IMG/VR virus record: IMGVR_UViG_3300032285_002884
Length of the DNA: 64,000 nt
Origin: a virus
Strand: one strand, 5' to 3'
Positions 49,378 through 58,663 of the stretch are shown here, in pieces (the stretch's first letter is position 1; each line of letters opens with the position of its first letter). The notes under the pieces were generated by a model. The model was not told the DNA's origin. It saw only the letters and a program-made list of their open reading frames with translations, and made no database searches. A program made the position numbers and the translations under genes.

Positions 49378-49955
49378 TATCGAAGCCTAGGGCCAAGAGG
49401 CACTACGTCAACAATCGAGACTTCTTCGAGGCCATGGTCAAGTACAAGGCCGACTGCAAGGTAGCAGACGAGGCGGGCAAGGGTAAGCCGCAGGTGCCGA
49501 GGTACGTCGGAGAGTGTCTCATGATGATCTGTGAGAAGCTGTCTACGAAGCCGAACTTCATGAGCTACTCGTACCGCGACGAGATGATCGCCGACGGCAT
49601 CGAGAACTGTCTGGCGTCGGTCGACAACTTCAACCCCGACAGGTCCACCAACCCGTTCGCGTACTTTACTCAGATCGCTTGGAACGCCTTCATTCGAAGG
49701 ATCACCAAGGAGAAGAAGCAGTCCTATATCAAGCACAAGAACTTCGAGAACTCCGGCATCATGGACGAGCTGTGGGACTCGGGCGTAGACGGCGGGTCTC
49801 ACTCGATCCAGTCTAAGCACAACCACTACTCGGACGACATCATTCGAAACTTTGAGTCAAAGCTGACTAAGAGTAAGAAGCGTACTAAGACCGGTATTGA
49901 GAAGTTCCTGGAACCAACTGAAGAGCTCGTAAATGAAGATAGCGCTGATATTTGA
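49374..49955 (+). CDS. gp55: Late-transcription sigma factor
   Basis: HYVNNRDF, KPNFMSYSYRDEMIADGIENCL, NPFAYFTQI..AFIRRI.KEKKQ. Confidence 0.95.
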   Translation: MISKPRAKRHYVNNRDFFEAMVKYKADCKVADEAGKGKPQVPRYVGECLMMICEKLSTKPNFMSYSYRDEMIADGIENCLASVDNFNPDRSTNPFAYFTQIAWNAFIRRITKEKKQSYIKHKNFENSGIMDELWDSGVDGGSHSIQSKHNHYSDDIIRNFESKLTKSKKRTKTGIEKFLEPTEELVNEDSADI

Positions 49956-49973
49956 CAACTGTAAGGATTATTC

Positions 49974-51035
49974 ATGCGTATAGCTTTGATCACAGATACT
50001 CACTGGGGAGTCCGCAACGACAACGCGATCTTCTACGACTACACCAAGCAGTTCCTCGACAAGGTATTCTTTCCACTCATCGATGCAGAGGGGATCGACA
50101 CCGTCATCCACCTAGGCGACCTAGTCGACCGCAGAAAGTACATAAACTTCTTGACGGCTAAGCGTCTCAGGGAAGACTTCATGCAGCCGATCAAGGACCG
50201 CGGCATCGACTTCCACCTGATCCTCGGCAACCACGACGTCTACTACAAGAACACCAACGACGTCAACGCCATCGCCGAGCTGTACGGCGAGGTCAAGCGT
50301 TACGAGCGCGCCGAAGAGGTCACCATCGGCGACTCCAAGATGCTGTTCATCCCATGGATCACAGCGGACAACCGCGAGCACTCAATCGACATGATCAAGA
50401 AGTCAAGCGCCCCGATCGCCCTAGGACATCTCGAGCTCAATGGCTTTGAGATGTTCAGGGGCAGCATCAGCACGCACGGCGAGGACGCGTCGATGTTCGA
50501 CAAGTTCGACATGGTATGCTCCGGTCACTTCCATCACAAGTCTACTACCGGCAACATCAACTACCTAGGAAGCCACAGCGAGTTCACATGGTCAGACTTC
50601 GACGACGATCGCGGGTTTCATATCTTAGATACCAAGACGAGAAGCCTAGGCTTCGTCCGCAACCCGTACACCGTCTTCAAGAAGATCTGGTACAACGACG
50701 AGGACACTAAGTTCTCCATCGACTTCATCACTAACTACGACTACGCGTCGTTTACCAAGAAGATCGTCAAGGTCATAGTCCAGAACAAGTCCAACCCCTA
50801 CCTCTTCGACATGTTCATCGACAACATCGAGAAAGCTGGTCCAAGTCAGCTTCAGATCGTCGAAGACCACCTCAACCTGAACATTGAGGACGAGGGCGAC
50901 ATCGTCAAGGAAGCCGAGGATACCATGACGATCTTCAAGAAGTACATTGAGCAGATCAACACCACCAAGGTCGACAAGCCTAGACTTGAGATGGTGATCC
51001 AGAATCTTTATAATGAGGCTCTAAGCGTAGAATGA
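49974..51035 (+). CDS. gp47: Recombination endonuclease subunit (Mre11/SbcD-like)
   Basis: TDTHWG, HLGD, GNHD, GHLE and SGHFH metallophosphoesterase motifs. Confidence 0.95.
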   Translation: MRIALITDTHWGVRNDNAIFYDYTKQFLDKVFFPLIDAEGIDTVIHLGDLVDRRKYINFLTAKRLREDFMQPIKDRGIDFHLILGNHDVYYKNTNDVNAIAELYGEVKRYERAEEVTIGDSKMLFIPWITADNREHSIDMIKKSSAPIALGHLELNGFEMFRGSISTHGEDASMFDKFDMVCSGHFHHKSTTGNINYLGSHSEFTWSDFDDDRGFHILDTKTRSLGFVRNPYTVFKKIWYNDEDTKFSIDFITNYDYASFTKKIVKVIVQNKSNPYLFDMFIDNIEKAGPSQLQIVEDHLNLNIEDEGDIVKEAEDTMTIFKKYIEQINTTKVDKPRLEMVIQNLYNEALSVE

Positions 51036-51100
51036 TTACCTTCCATGATATAAAGATTGTATTTTAATAAATATAATCAAATTTTATTGTGGAGGATAAT

Positions 51101-51697
51101 ATGCCAGCAGGAGTCTATGAGAGAACAGAAGAAATAAAGCAGAGACAAAGTAAAAAAATGAAAGAGAAGATCAAAGAATATAACTTCTCTGAAATTAACT
51201 TGAAGAGAAAAAAGACTATTGAAGAAAAAGGAATAAAAATCGGCAGGCCGGAAACCAAAGTGCTTCAGATAAAATTATGTAGTGTATGTGATAAAGAATA
51301 TAGTACAAAAAATGATTCTAAGTTTTGCTGCAAAGAATGTTATTGGAAATCTAGAAAAGGTAAGCCTGTATGTGATTCTGAAATTCTTAAGAATATGGAT
51401 AGATCGTATCAAAAGAATGATGACTGGTCACAATGGCTTAAAAAAGATGATCTTCCTGAGTTTAAGAAATATTCGGGAAAAGTGAGAAGGTTGAGTGAGA
51501 AAAATTACGCAATGAACGCAGATAAAATAAATCCAAATAACTATCCTAGAACTATATGCGGAGTTGAAGGCGGTTATCAATTAGACCATATAAAATCTCT
51601 AAGACATTGCTTTGATGAAAATATATCCATAGAACAAGCTGCAAGTGTTGATAATTTACAGCTTTTACCATGGAAAGAAAACTTGAGAAAGAGATAG
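51101..51697 (+). mobile_element. Free-standing HNH endonuclease-like gene with Cys zinc-finger
   Basis: AT-rich; CSVC...CCKEC; YQLDHIKS...NLQLLPWKENLRK; SD ggagg before ATG 51101. Confidence 0.7.
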
Positions 51698-51701
51698 ACA
51701 A

Positions 51702-53414
51702 GTGGCTATAGTTTTTCATCATATACGCTATAAGAACTTCCTTTCCACCGGCAACGCGTTTACTGAGCTCGAGCTCGACAAGTCCAGCACCACGCTCATC
51801 ATCGGTGAGAACGGTGCAGGCAAGAGCACGATCCTCGACGCGCTGTCGTTCGTGCTGTTCAACAAGCCGTTCAGGAAAGTGAATAAGGGACAGCTCATCA
51901 ACTCTATCACTCGCAAGGACCTGCAGGTAGAGGTAGAGTTCACCATCGGACAGAACAGGTACCACGTCATCCGCGGCGTGAAGCCTAACCTGTTCGAGGT
52001 CTACATGAACGGTAAGCTGCTCAACCAGTCTTCCGATGTCCGCGACTACCAAGAGATCCTCGAGAAGCAGATCCTCAAGATCAACCACAAGTCGTTCTGT
52101 CAGGTGGTCGTGCTGGGCTCTGCCTCGTTCGTCCCATTCATGCAGCTGCCTACCGGCCAGCGCCGTGAGATCATCGAGGACCTTCTCGACCTGCAGATCT
52201 TCACGACCATGAACATGATCCTCAAGCAGAAGGCAGCCGAGAACGTCAACGACATCTGGAAAGCAGAGAAGGACAAGGACCTCGTCGAGGAGAAGATCAA
52301 GCTCGTCAGGGAGCACATGGCCGAGATCCAGAAGAACAGTGAGAAGCTCATCAAGGAAAAGAAAGAGCGTCTCAAGTCTACCGACTTCGAGATCTCTAAG
52401 TTCATCGAGAAGAAGTTTGAGATCGACCGCGACATCGAGAAGCTGAGTGAGAAGATCCTTGACGAAGACGCCATGAGTAAGAGAGTAAACAAGGTCTCAA
52501 AGCTCAAGCACCAGCTCGAGGCAAAGATCGCCAACTTAAACAACGACATCGAGTTCTTAAACAACCACGAGAACTGCCCTACCTGTCAGCGCAACATCGA
52601 TGAGGGCTTCAAGGCCGAGTCTATCGACAAGAAGAACGAGAACATCGCTGAGGTCAGCGCTGGACTGTCTCAGTTGACTGCCGAGTACGATAAGGTCAAC
52701 TCTCGTATCTCTGAGATCATGGAGATCCATTCAGACATCAACGCCAAGAGGATGGAGCTGCATCGAGTACTCACGAAGATCAGCAGCCTCGAGGAGTATA
52801 AGGCTCAGATCCAAGAAGAGATCGACTCGATCAAGGTGACCGAGAAAGACAAGGACACCAGCAAGCTCGACGAGCTGGTATTGGATCTTGAGAACAGCAA
52901 GCAGCTCATCGTCAGACTATCGGAAGATCAAGTACTCTATCAAGCTGCTGGCGTGCTGTTGAAAGACGGCGGCATCAAGTCGCGCATCATCAAGCAGTAC
53001 ATCCCTATCATCAACAAGCTCATCAGCAAGTACCTGAGCGCCATGGACTTCTTCGTCCAGTTCGAGCTCGACGAGAACTTCAACGAGACGATCAAGTCCC
53101 GCTACAGGGACGAGTTCAGCTATGCTTCGTTCTCGGAGGGTGAGAAGATGAGGATCAACTTGGCAGTACTGTTCACGTGGCGAGCAGTAGCCAAGCTTCG
53201 CAACTCGGTCAACACCAACATCCTTATCATGGACGAGGTCTTCGACAGCTCACTTGATGCCAGCGGTACCGAGGAGTTCATGAAGATATTAAACCAGTTG
53301 ACAAACGACGCAAACGTGTATATAATAAGCCATAAGACGGACCAGATCGTTGACAAGTTCGACAACGTTATTAGGTTCGAGAAGCACAAGAACTTTAGCA
53401 AGATGGTGGCGTGA
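51702..53414 (+). CDS. gp46: Recombination ATPase subunit (Rad50/SbcC-like)
   Basis: KNFLSTGN, GENGAGKST, CPTC zinc hook, FSEGEK signature, MDEVFD, ISH. Confidence 0.95.
   Translation: MAIVFHHIRYKNFLSTGNAFTELELDKSSTTLIIGENGAGKSTILDALSFVLFNKPFRKVNKGQLINSITRKDLQVEVEFTIGQNRYHVIRGVKPNLFEVYMNGKLLNQSSDVRDYQEILEKQILKINHKSFCQVVVLGSASFVPFMQLPTGQRREIIEDLLDLQIFTTMNMILKQKAAENVNDIWKAEKDKDLVEEKIKLVREHMAEIQKNSEKLIKEKKERLKSTDFEISKFIEKKFEIDRDIEKLSEKILDEDAMSKRVNKVSKLKHQLEAKIANLNNDIEFLNNHENCPTCQRNIDEGFKAESIDKKNENIAEVSAGLSQLTAEYDKVNSRISEIMEIHSDINAKRMELHRVLTKISSLEEYKAQIQEEIDSIKVTEKDKDTSKLDELVLDLENSKQLIVRLSEDQVLYQAAGVLLKDGGIKSRIIKQYIPIINKLISKYLSAMDFFVQFELDENFNETIKSRYRDEFSYASFSEGEKMRINLAVLFTWRAVAKLRNSVNTNILIMDEVFDSSLDASGTEEFMKILNQLTNDANVYIISHKTDQIVDKFDNVIRFEKHKNFSKMVA
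53298..53326 (+). promoter_or_regulatory. Intragenic sigma70-type promoter at the end of gp46
   Basis: TTGACA-17-TATAAT. Confidence 0.7.
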
Positions 53415-53890
53415 TGGAACTAATCTCGAGTAGCAACCCAATACTGACTAAGCCGTGTATCCCGTTTGACTTCAGCAACCCTCCGTTTGATCCGATTGAG
53501 TTCTCAGTCGAGCTGGTAAAGACCATGATCGACAGCAACGGAGTCGGTCTGGCAGCCAACCAAGTAGGTACCGGCTACCGCGTCTTCGCTATGAGGGCTC
53601 AGCCGCAGAACTTGGTGTGCTTCAACCCTAAGATCGTCCACCACAGCGTGGAGGAGGTACTCCTTGAAGAGAGCTGCCTATCCTATCCTGGACTGATCGT
53701 CAAGGTCAAGCGACCGCAGCACATCCGAGTACGGTTCACTCAGCCGAACGGCGACACCCGTACCGAGACCTACACGGGTATGACCGCTCGCATCTTCCAG
53801 CACGAGCTCGACCACCTCGACGGTGTCTTGTTCTACAACCGCGCCAACCTCTACCACCGCGAGCAAGCTTTTAGAAAGTGGAAACGATGA
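53414..53890 (+). CDS. def: Peptide deformylase
   Basis: GVGLAANQVG, ESCLS (variant of EGCLS), QHELDHLDG. Confidence 0.92.
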   Translation: MELISSSNPILTKPCIPFDFSNPPFDPIEFSVELVKTMIDSNGVGLAANQVGTGYRVFAMRAQPQNLVCFNPKIVHHSVEEVLLEESCLSYPGLIVKVKRPQHIRVRFTQPNGDTRTETYTGMTARIFQHELDHLDGVLFYNRANLYHREQAFRKWKR

Positions 53891-54423
53891 ACATCTTCTA
53901 CATCGACGAGGACCCAATCAAGGCTGCTCAGATGATGGTCGACAAGCACGTCGTCAAGATGATCCTTGAGTCGGCTCAGCTACTCTCTACCGCGCATCGC
54001 GTACTCGACGGCAATGTCATCGCTAGCAAGACAAAGACTGGCAGAAATGCTAAGTACTGGGTATTACCAGACGAGCGTCAAGTAAAGATGTATAATGCCA
54101 CACACGTCAATCACCCATCCGCAGTATGGTGTCGAACGTCAGTAGAGAATTATCTCTGGCTAGTTGAGCACTTCTTCGCGCTCTGCGAAGAGTACACGTA
54201 TCGCTACGGCAAGCAGCACAAGTGTCAAGCCATGGGCTACTACTTACAGTCACCGCCCATGAACCTTCGCAAGCTCGGCCTAACTCCTATGCCGTCCGCG
54301 ATGGCCGACGAGTACAAGATCAGCGATGACCCGTTGACAAATTATCGTAACTATTATAAGATGGGTAAGTCTAGAATGCATAGCTGGAAGAAACGTCAAG
54401 CACCGGAGTGGATACATGTCTAA
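53887..54423 (+). CDS. Pyrimidine-dimer DNA glycosylase-like protein (DenV-related family)
   Basis: MNIFYID...DKHVVKMILESAQLLSTAH, THVNHPSAVW, EYTYRYGKQHK. Confidence 0.7.
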   Translation: MNIFYIDEDPIKAAQMMVDKHVVKMILESAQLLSTAHRVLDGNVIASKTKTGRNAKYWVLPDERQVKMYNATHVNHPSAVWCRTSVENYLWLVEHFFALCEEYTYRYGKQHKCQAMGYYLQSPPMNLRKLGLTPMPSAMADEYKISDDPLTNYRNYYKMGKSRMHSWKKRQAPEWIHV

Positions 54424-54450
54424 AGATTGGGTACAATAAAGAACACTTTA

Positions 54451-54476
54451 TATAAATACTTCTATCAGGAGGTATT
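54451..54476 (+). promoter_or_regulatory. Late promoter overlapping an RBS-sequestering hairpin
   Basis: TATAAATA at 54451-58; AATACTTCT-ATCA-GGAGGTATT stem. Confidence 0.75.
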
Positions 54477-54479
54477 CAT

Positions 54480-55052
54480 GTGTTTGGATTTGTTTACATA
54501 TGGTATGATAAAAAACATACAAGATATTATATTGGTTCTCATAAAGGTCATTTAGATGATGGATATATCTCAAGTTCAACTTGGATGAAAAATGCTTATA
54601 AGAGACGACCATTAGACTTTAGAAGAAAGCTCTTATCAATTATTATGACTAATAAAGAAGATCTTTTACAAGAAGAACAAAAATGGCTTAACTTTATAAA
54701 AGATGATGAGCTTGGAAAGAAATACTATAATCTAAAGAAAAAAGCTGCAGGTGGTTTTTCAAAGTGTGCTATTCAAAAAAGTATAGAATCAAGAAAAGGA
54801 AAATCTTTACCATTAGAATGGAAACAAAATCAAAGTAAAGCATTGAAAGATAAGTCTTGGACAGATAAACGAAGAGAATCTCAAGTTGGATCTTACACAA
54901 AAAGATTGACATATGAACACAATGGTGTTATAATTGGAAATATAGATCAAGCTATCGAGTATTCCGGAAAATCTAGAAAAACTATTGATAGATGGTGCAC
55001 TGAAAATTCTAGTTATTCCAAAAAAGAATGGAGAAAATATTATGAGTCGTGA
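54480..55052 (+). mobile_element. Free-standing GIY-YIG homing endonuclease
   Basis: FGFVYIWYD..RYYIGSH..YYN; AT-rich; paralogue of the genes at 29648 and 46189. Confidence 0.82.
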
Positions 55053-55446
55053 CTGGGCAAAAGATATATGGAGGATGCATAAGCACTATGGAGTACATCC
55101 CGTTATCGATAAGATGGATGATGAGACCCTTGCAAAGTTTCTCGAGTTTCGCATCAATTTTCTTCAAGAAGAACTCGACGAGCTCCGTAGAGCTGAAGGG
55201 GCCGAGGACGTAGTAGACGCCCTCATCGACCTCTGCGTCGTGGCCATCGGTACACTCGACGGCTTCGGCGTCGACTCGCACAGGGCTTGGGACGAGGTAC
55301 TCGATGCCAACATGAAGAAAGAGACAGGAGTCAAGGCGTCTCGCCCTAACCCTCTCGGCCTTCCCGACCTCATCAAGCCAGAAGGCTGGACTGCCCCGTC
55401 CCACGAGGGTAACCATGGTCTCTTTGCACGGGTGAAGTATGACTAG
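55042..55446 (+). CDS. MazG-like all-alpha NTP pyrophosphohydrolase (candidate dCTPase/dUTPase)
   Basis: FLQEELDEL..EDVVDALIDL..V..ANMKK..LIKPEGW. Confidence 0.75.
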   Translation: MSRDWAKDIWRMHKHYGVHPVIDKMDDETLAKFLEFRINFLQEELDELRRAEGAEDVVDALIDLCVVAIGTLDGFGVDSHRAWDEVLDANMKKETGVKASRPNPLGLPDLIKPEGWTAPSHEGNHGLFARVKYD

Positions 55447-55939
55447 GAGCGAGCAGATCGAACAGCTCGGCGCGCTCGGCGAGGAGGTCGTAAGACGTCT
55501 CTTGGTCGAGAAGCACGTCGTCGAGATGAGCGACTATAAGTACGACGCCGTCAAGGACATGAAGGCCGATGACAAGACCGTAGAGGTAAAGACTCTCGTC
55601 CTGATCAAGAAGTTCGAGTCCTTCTGTCTAGGCAAGAAGCAGTGGAAGAAGTGCGACGAGGTTGACCGTCTTTTCTTCGTTCGAGTACCCGAGAGTGAGA
55701 CCGACCCGATCGTGGTCTATGAGTCCGAGAACCCACGAAGCTTCCGCTCGATGCAGTACAACGGCGACTGGTGCAGAATGTATCCGTTGACAAATATGAA
55801 GATCTATGGTACTATAAACAATAACGAATTATCTAAGCAGATGTGTGACCTCTCACCCTCAAAGTACAAGGGATTTAAGTATGACAGAACGCGAATCGAT
55901 CAAGGTACTGCAGGAATGCATCGACCTGCAGCGTCGTAA
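55439..55939 (+). CDS. Hypothetical protein, possible PD-(D/E)XK nuclease fold
   Basis: LGALGEEVV...D...VEVKT pattern. Confidence 0.45.
   Translation: MTRSEQIEQLGALGEEVVRRLLVEKHVVEMSDYKYDAVKDMKADDKTVEVKTLVLIKKFESFCLGKKQWKKCDEVDRLFFVRVPESETDPIVVYESENPRSFRSMQYNGDWCRMYPLTNMKIYGTINNNELSKQMCDLSPSKYKGFKYDRTRIDQGTAGMHRPAAS
55787..55815 (+). promoter_or_regulatory. Intragenic sigma70-type promoter upstream of the hydroxymethylase genes
   Basis: TTGACA-17-TACTAT with a TG extended -10. Confidence 0.6.
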
Positions 55940-56285
55940 GTCCAACGACTACCAGAACCCACACTCGACTATCAAGCAGGCCGACTACTACCCATCCGGC
56001 TGCGCTACCATCCTCGACGTCATGCAGGCCAAGGTGCTTCGCATGCGCTCGGTCATCGAGGCCATGCAGCACGACCCCAACTACAGCCCTAACTTTGAGT
56101 CGCTCGAAGACTCAGCTAAAGACTTGGCAAACTATGCCTCGTTCTTCGTCGCGTACTCTCGCAGCAAGGTCGACGGCCAAGACCCGTCGCGTGACTTCTT
56201 GAACCGCAAGAAACTTGAAGCCGGTGGCCCGACCGGCGCTCCAGGCTTCGGCGTTAACTACATCAAGACTCCGGGAAACCTCTGA
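55881..56285 (+). CDS. Nucleotide-modification-associated helical protein (DUF1599-like)
   Basis: KSNDY...KVLR...ESLEDSAKDLANYA. Confidence 0.6.
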   Translation: MTERESIKVLQECIDLQRRKSNDYQNPHSTIKQADYYPSGCATILDVMQAKVLRMRSVIEAMQHDPNYSPNFESLEDSAKDLANYASFFVAYSRSKVDGQDPSRDFLNRKKLEAGGPTGAPGFGVNYIKTPGNL

Positions 56286-56947
56286 TGGCTCAGAACTACG
56301 CATTCACAGTCAATACGATTCGTCGCGTGTTCAAGGACATGCTCGCTCGCGAGGACTTCGTCACCGATAAGACCGGCGTAAAGATGCTCGAGATGGTCGG
56401 TGCTCAGTTCAATGCAAACGAGCCAGCTATCTTTGGCGAGCCTAACCAAGACTACATCGAGCGCGAGCTTCAGTGGTATCGCTCGATGTCTCTCAACGTC
56501 AACAGCATTCCTGGCGGCCCTCCAGCTATCTGGAAACAGGTGGCGACTCCCGACGGTATGATCAACTCGAACTACGGCTACCTCATCTGGTCGTATGAGA
56601 ACGAGATGCAGTACGAGAGCGTCTTGACTGAGCTGATGAAGAACCCTAACTCTCGTCGAGCCGTCATGATCTACACTCGTCCCACCATGCACAGGGACTA
56701 CAACACCGATGGCATGTCTGACTTCATCTGCACCAACGCCGTGCAGTACATGATCCGCGATGATAAGTTACAGGTGGTAGTCCAGATGCGGTCCAACGAC
56801 GTAGTCTACGGCTACCGCAACGACTGGGCATGGCAGCGCTACGTGCAGAACATGTTGGCGACCGACCTAGACGTCGGACTCGGTGACATCTTCTGGCAGG
56901 TCGGATCACTCCACGTCTACGAGAGGCACTTTGACCTTGTCAAGTAA
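56285..56947 (+). CDS. gp42: dCMP hydroxymethylase (T4 gp42 orthologue)
   Basis: Colinear with T4 gp42 as recalled: DKTGVK, RELxWY, INSNYG, SRRxxMIYTRP, DGMSDFxCTN (catalytic Cys), MRSNDVVxGxRND (cytosine-specifying Asp), GSLHVY. Confidence 0.92.
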   Translation: MAQNYAFTVNTIRRVFKDMLAREDFVTDKTGVKMLEMVGAQFNANEPAIFGEPNQDYIERELQWYRSMSLNVNSIPGGPPAIWKQVATPDGMINSNYGYLIWSYENEMQYESVLTELMKNPNSRRAVMIYTRPTMHRDYNTDGMSDFICTNAVQYMIRDDKLQVVVQMRSNDVVYGYRNDWAWQRYVQNMLATDLDVGLGDIFWQVGSLHVYERHFDLVK

Positions 56948-57437
56948 GTCATGGCGATGGACGCAGAACTACCTCAAGCTAGCCCAACACATCTCGACTT
57001 GGTCAAAGGACCCGAGCACCAAGATCGGCGCAGTCGCCGTCGGCGGTCAAGGTCAGATCCTAGCACAGGGGTACAACGGGTTCCCTCGTGGAGTCGACGA
57101 CAGCGAGCGTCGACTCAGCGACAGAGAAGTCAAGTATAAGTTTGTAGTCCACGCTGAACAGAACTGTATCTACAATGCCACACTCAATGGAACTAGTCTC
57201 AACGGCGCAGATCTTTACGTTCATGGTCTTCCTGTATGCTCTGAATGCGCTAAGGGGATCATCCAAGTAGGTATCAAGAACGTCTTTATCTGTCATCCAG
57301 CGGACATCGCACCCATCTGGCAGGACGCATATAAGTTCACCAAGCAGATGTTCAAGGAAGCTGGCGTATCAGCGGTCAGACACGACTTTCACACCGGAGA
57401 GATCATCGATGTCGTCAGTAAGCCAGAAGCGTGGTAA
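56931..57437 (+). CDS. cd: dCMP deaminase (start uncertain)
   Basis: SKDPSTKIGA, GYNGFP, HAEQN, PVCSECAK. Confidence 0.9.
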   Translation: MTLSSKSWRWTQNYLKLAQHISTWSKDPSTKIGAVAVGGQGQILAQGYNGFPRGVDDSERRLSDREVKYKFVVHAEQNCIYNATLNGTSLNGADLYVHGLPVCSECAKGIIQVGIKNVFICHPADIAPIWQDAYKFTKQMFKEAGVSAVRHDFHTGEIIDVVSKPEAW

Positions 57438-57795
57438 GGTACTCATCGTAGGTATCAACCCTTCCAGCTCCACTAAAGTAAAGCCCTGCATCACTCTCAA
57501 GCGACTCTACGGCTGGGCAGACTATCTCGGTCTTAAGCACTTCTCGTTCGTCAACTGCATCGGTCGTCCGGGCAGCTACTCGTTCAAAGACGTCGAGTTC
57601 GACATGCTCAGTGAGTGTGCAGCTGGCTACGATCGGGTACTCGCCCTCGGTGGCTTTCCATCCAAGGCTCTCAAGAAGCTCGGCATCGAGCACTTCACTT
57701 TACCCCATCCTTCAGGTCTAAATAGGAAGCTGAACGATAGAGAGTATGAACTGAGTGTCTTGAAGGAGTGCAGTGACTATGTTTTCCAAGGGTAG
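57409..57795 (+). CDS. Minimal uracil-DNA-glycosylase-superfamily protein
   Basis: VLIVGINPS and LPHPSGLNR motifs. Confidence 0.7.
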   Translation: MSSVSQKRGKVLIVGINPSSSTKVKPCITLKRLYGWADYLGLKHFSFVNCIGRPGSYSFKDVEFDMLSECAAGYDRVLALGGFPSKALKKLGIEHFTLPHPSGLNRKLNDREYELSVLKECSDYVFQG

Positions 57796-58663
57796 AGTTC
57801 TCGTAACTGGATGTACAGGCTACATCGGTTCCCATACCGTGAAGGCTCTGAAGCGAGAGGGCTTTGAGGTCCACGGGATCGACTTAGACCGTAGGTCACC
57901 AAACAACGTCCGCAAGTACGTCGACAAGCTCATGTTCGGTGACGTCTACGACTTCACGTGGGCATACAGATACGACGCGGTAGTACACCTGGCAGCCTTC
58001 ATCTCGGTAGAGGAGTCGGTCAACAAGCCACTCGACTACTTCTATAACAACACTATAGGTACTCAGTGGCAGCTGCACTTCAACGGCACGAACGGCTGTG
58101 AGAACTTCGTCTTCGCTTCTACAGCCGCTGCCTTCGACCCAGTGTCTCCCTATGCTCAGTCCAAGCTCATGGCCGAGAGCCTAGTGAAGAACATGGCAAA
58201 GAACTACACTATCTTGCGGTTCTTCAATGTGGCCGGAAACGACGGCGAGTTCAGACAGACCGGCAACGCGACACACCTCATCCGCATAGCAGCCGAGACA
58301 GCGGCCGGCAAGAGACCGTTCATGAACCTGTACGGCACCGACTGGGATACTCCAGACGGAACCTGCGTACGGGACTATATCCATGTGATGGATCTAGTTG
58401 ACGCAATTGTGAAATCGGTATATAATCCTAAGAATACTCCGTATGAGTGCATCGGCAGCGGCTCCGGCTACAGCTGTCGAGAGGTCATAGACACCATGAA
58501 GCGTGTCAGCGGTAGAGACTTTATAGTGAACGACGCGCCTAGACGTGCTGGTGATCCAGCGATCATCTCGATCCCTGTTGGACAGAAGAAGTCAGGCTAT
58601 ATAGATTGCAAGAGGACACTTGAGGACATGTGTCTCAGCGCTTATAATATGGAGCTAAAATGA
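57773..58663 (+). CDS. galE: UDP-sugar 4-epimerase (GalE-like)
   Basis: VLVTGCTGYIGSH, HLAA.ISVEESV..PLDY, YAQSK, LRFFN, DGTCVRDYIHV.DL, RRAGDP. Confidence 0.9.
   Translation: MTMFSKGRVLVTGCTGYIGSHTVKALKREGFEVHGIDLDRRSPNNVRKYVDKLMFGDVYDFTWAYRYDAVVHLAAFISVEESVNKPLDYFYNNTIGTQWQLHFNGTNGCENFVFASTAAAFDPVSPYAQSKLMAESLVKNMAKNYTILRFFNVAGNDGEFRQTGNATHLIRIAAETAAGKRPFMNLYGTDWDTPDGTCVRDYIHVMDLVDAIVKSVYNPKNTPYECIGSGSGYSCREVIDTMKRVSGRDFIVNDAPRRAGDPAIISIPVGQKKSGYIDCKRTLEDMCLSAYNMELK
58398..58426 (+). promoter_or_regulatory. Intragenic sigma70-type promoter upstream of the glycosyltransferase
   Basis: TTGACG-17-TATAAT. Confidence 0.65.

Noticed and set aside
29648-55052. Group I introns or inteins hosting the endonucleases
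   Set aside because: Flanking genes are complete and of normal length, no intron core is recognisable, and gp17, UvsW and gp46 show no intein-sized insertion.
56285-56947. Ordinary thymidylate synthase or dUMP hydroxymethylase
   Set aside because: The sequence follows T4 gp42 closely and has Asp (RND) at the specificity position where dUMP-acting enzymes have Asn.
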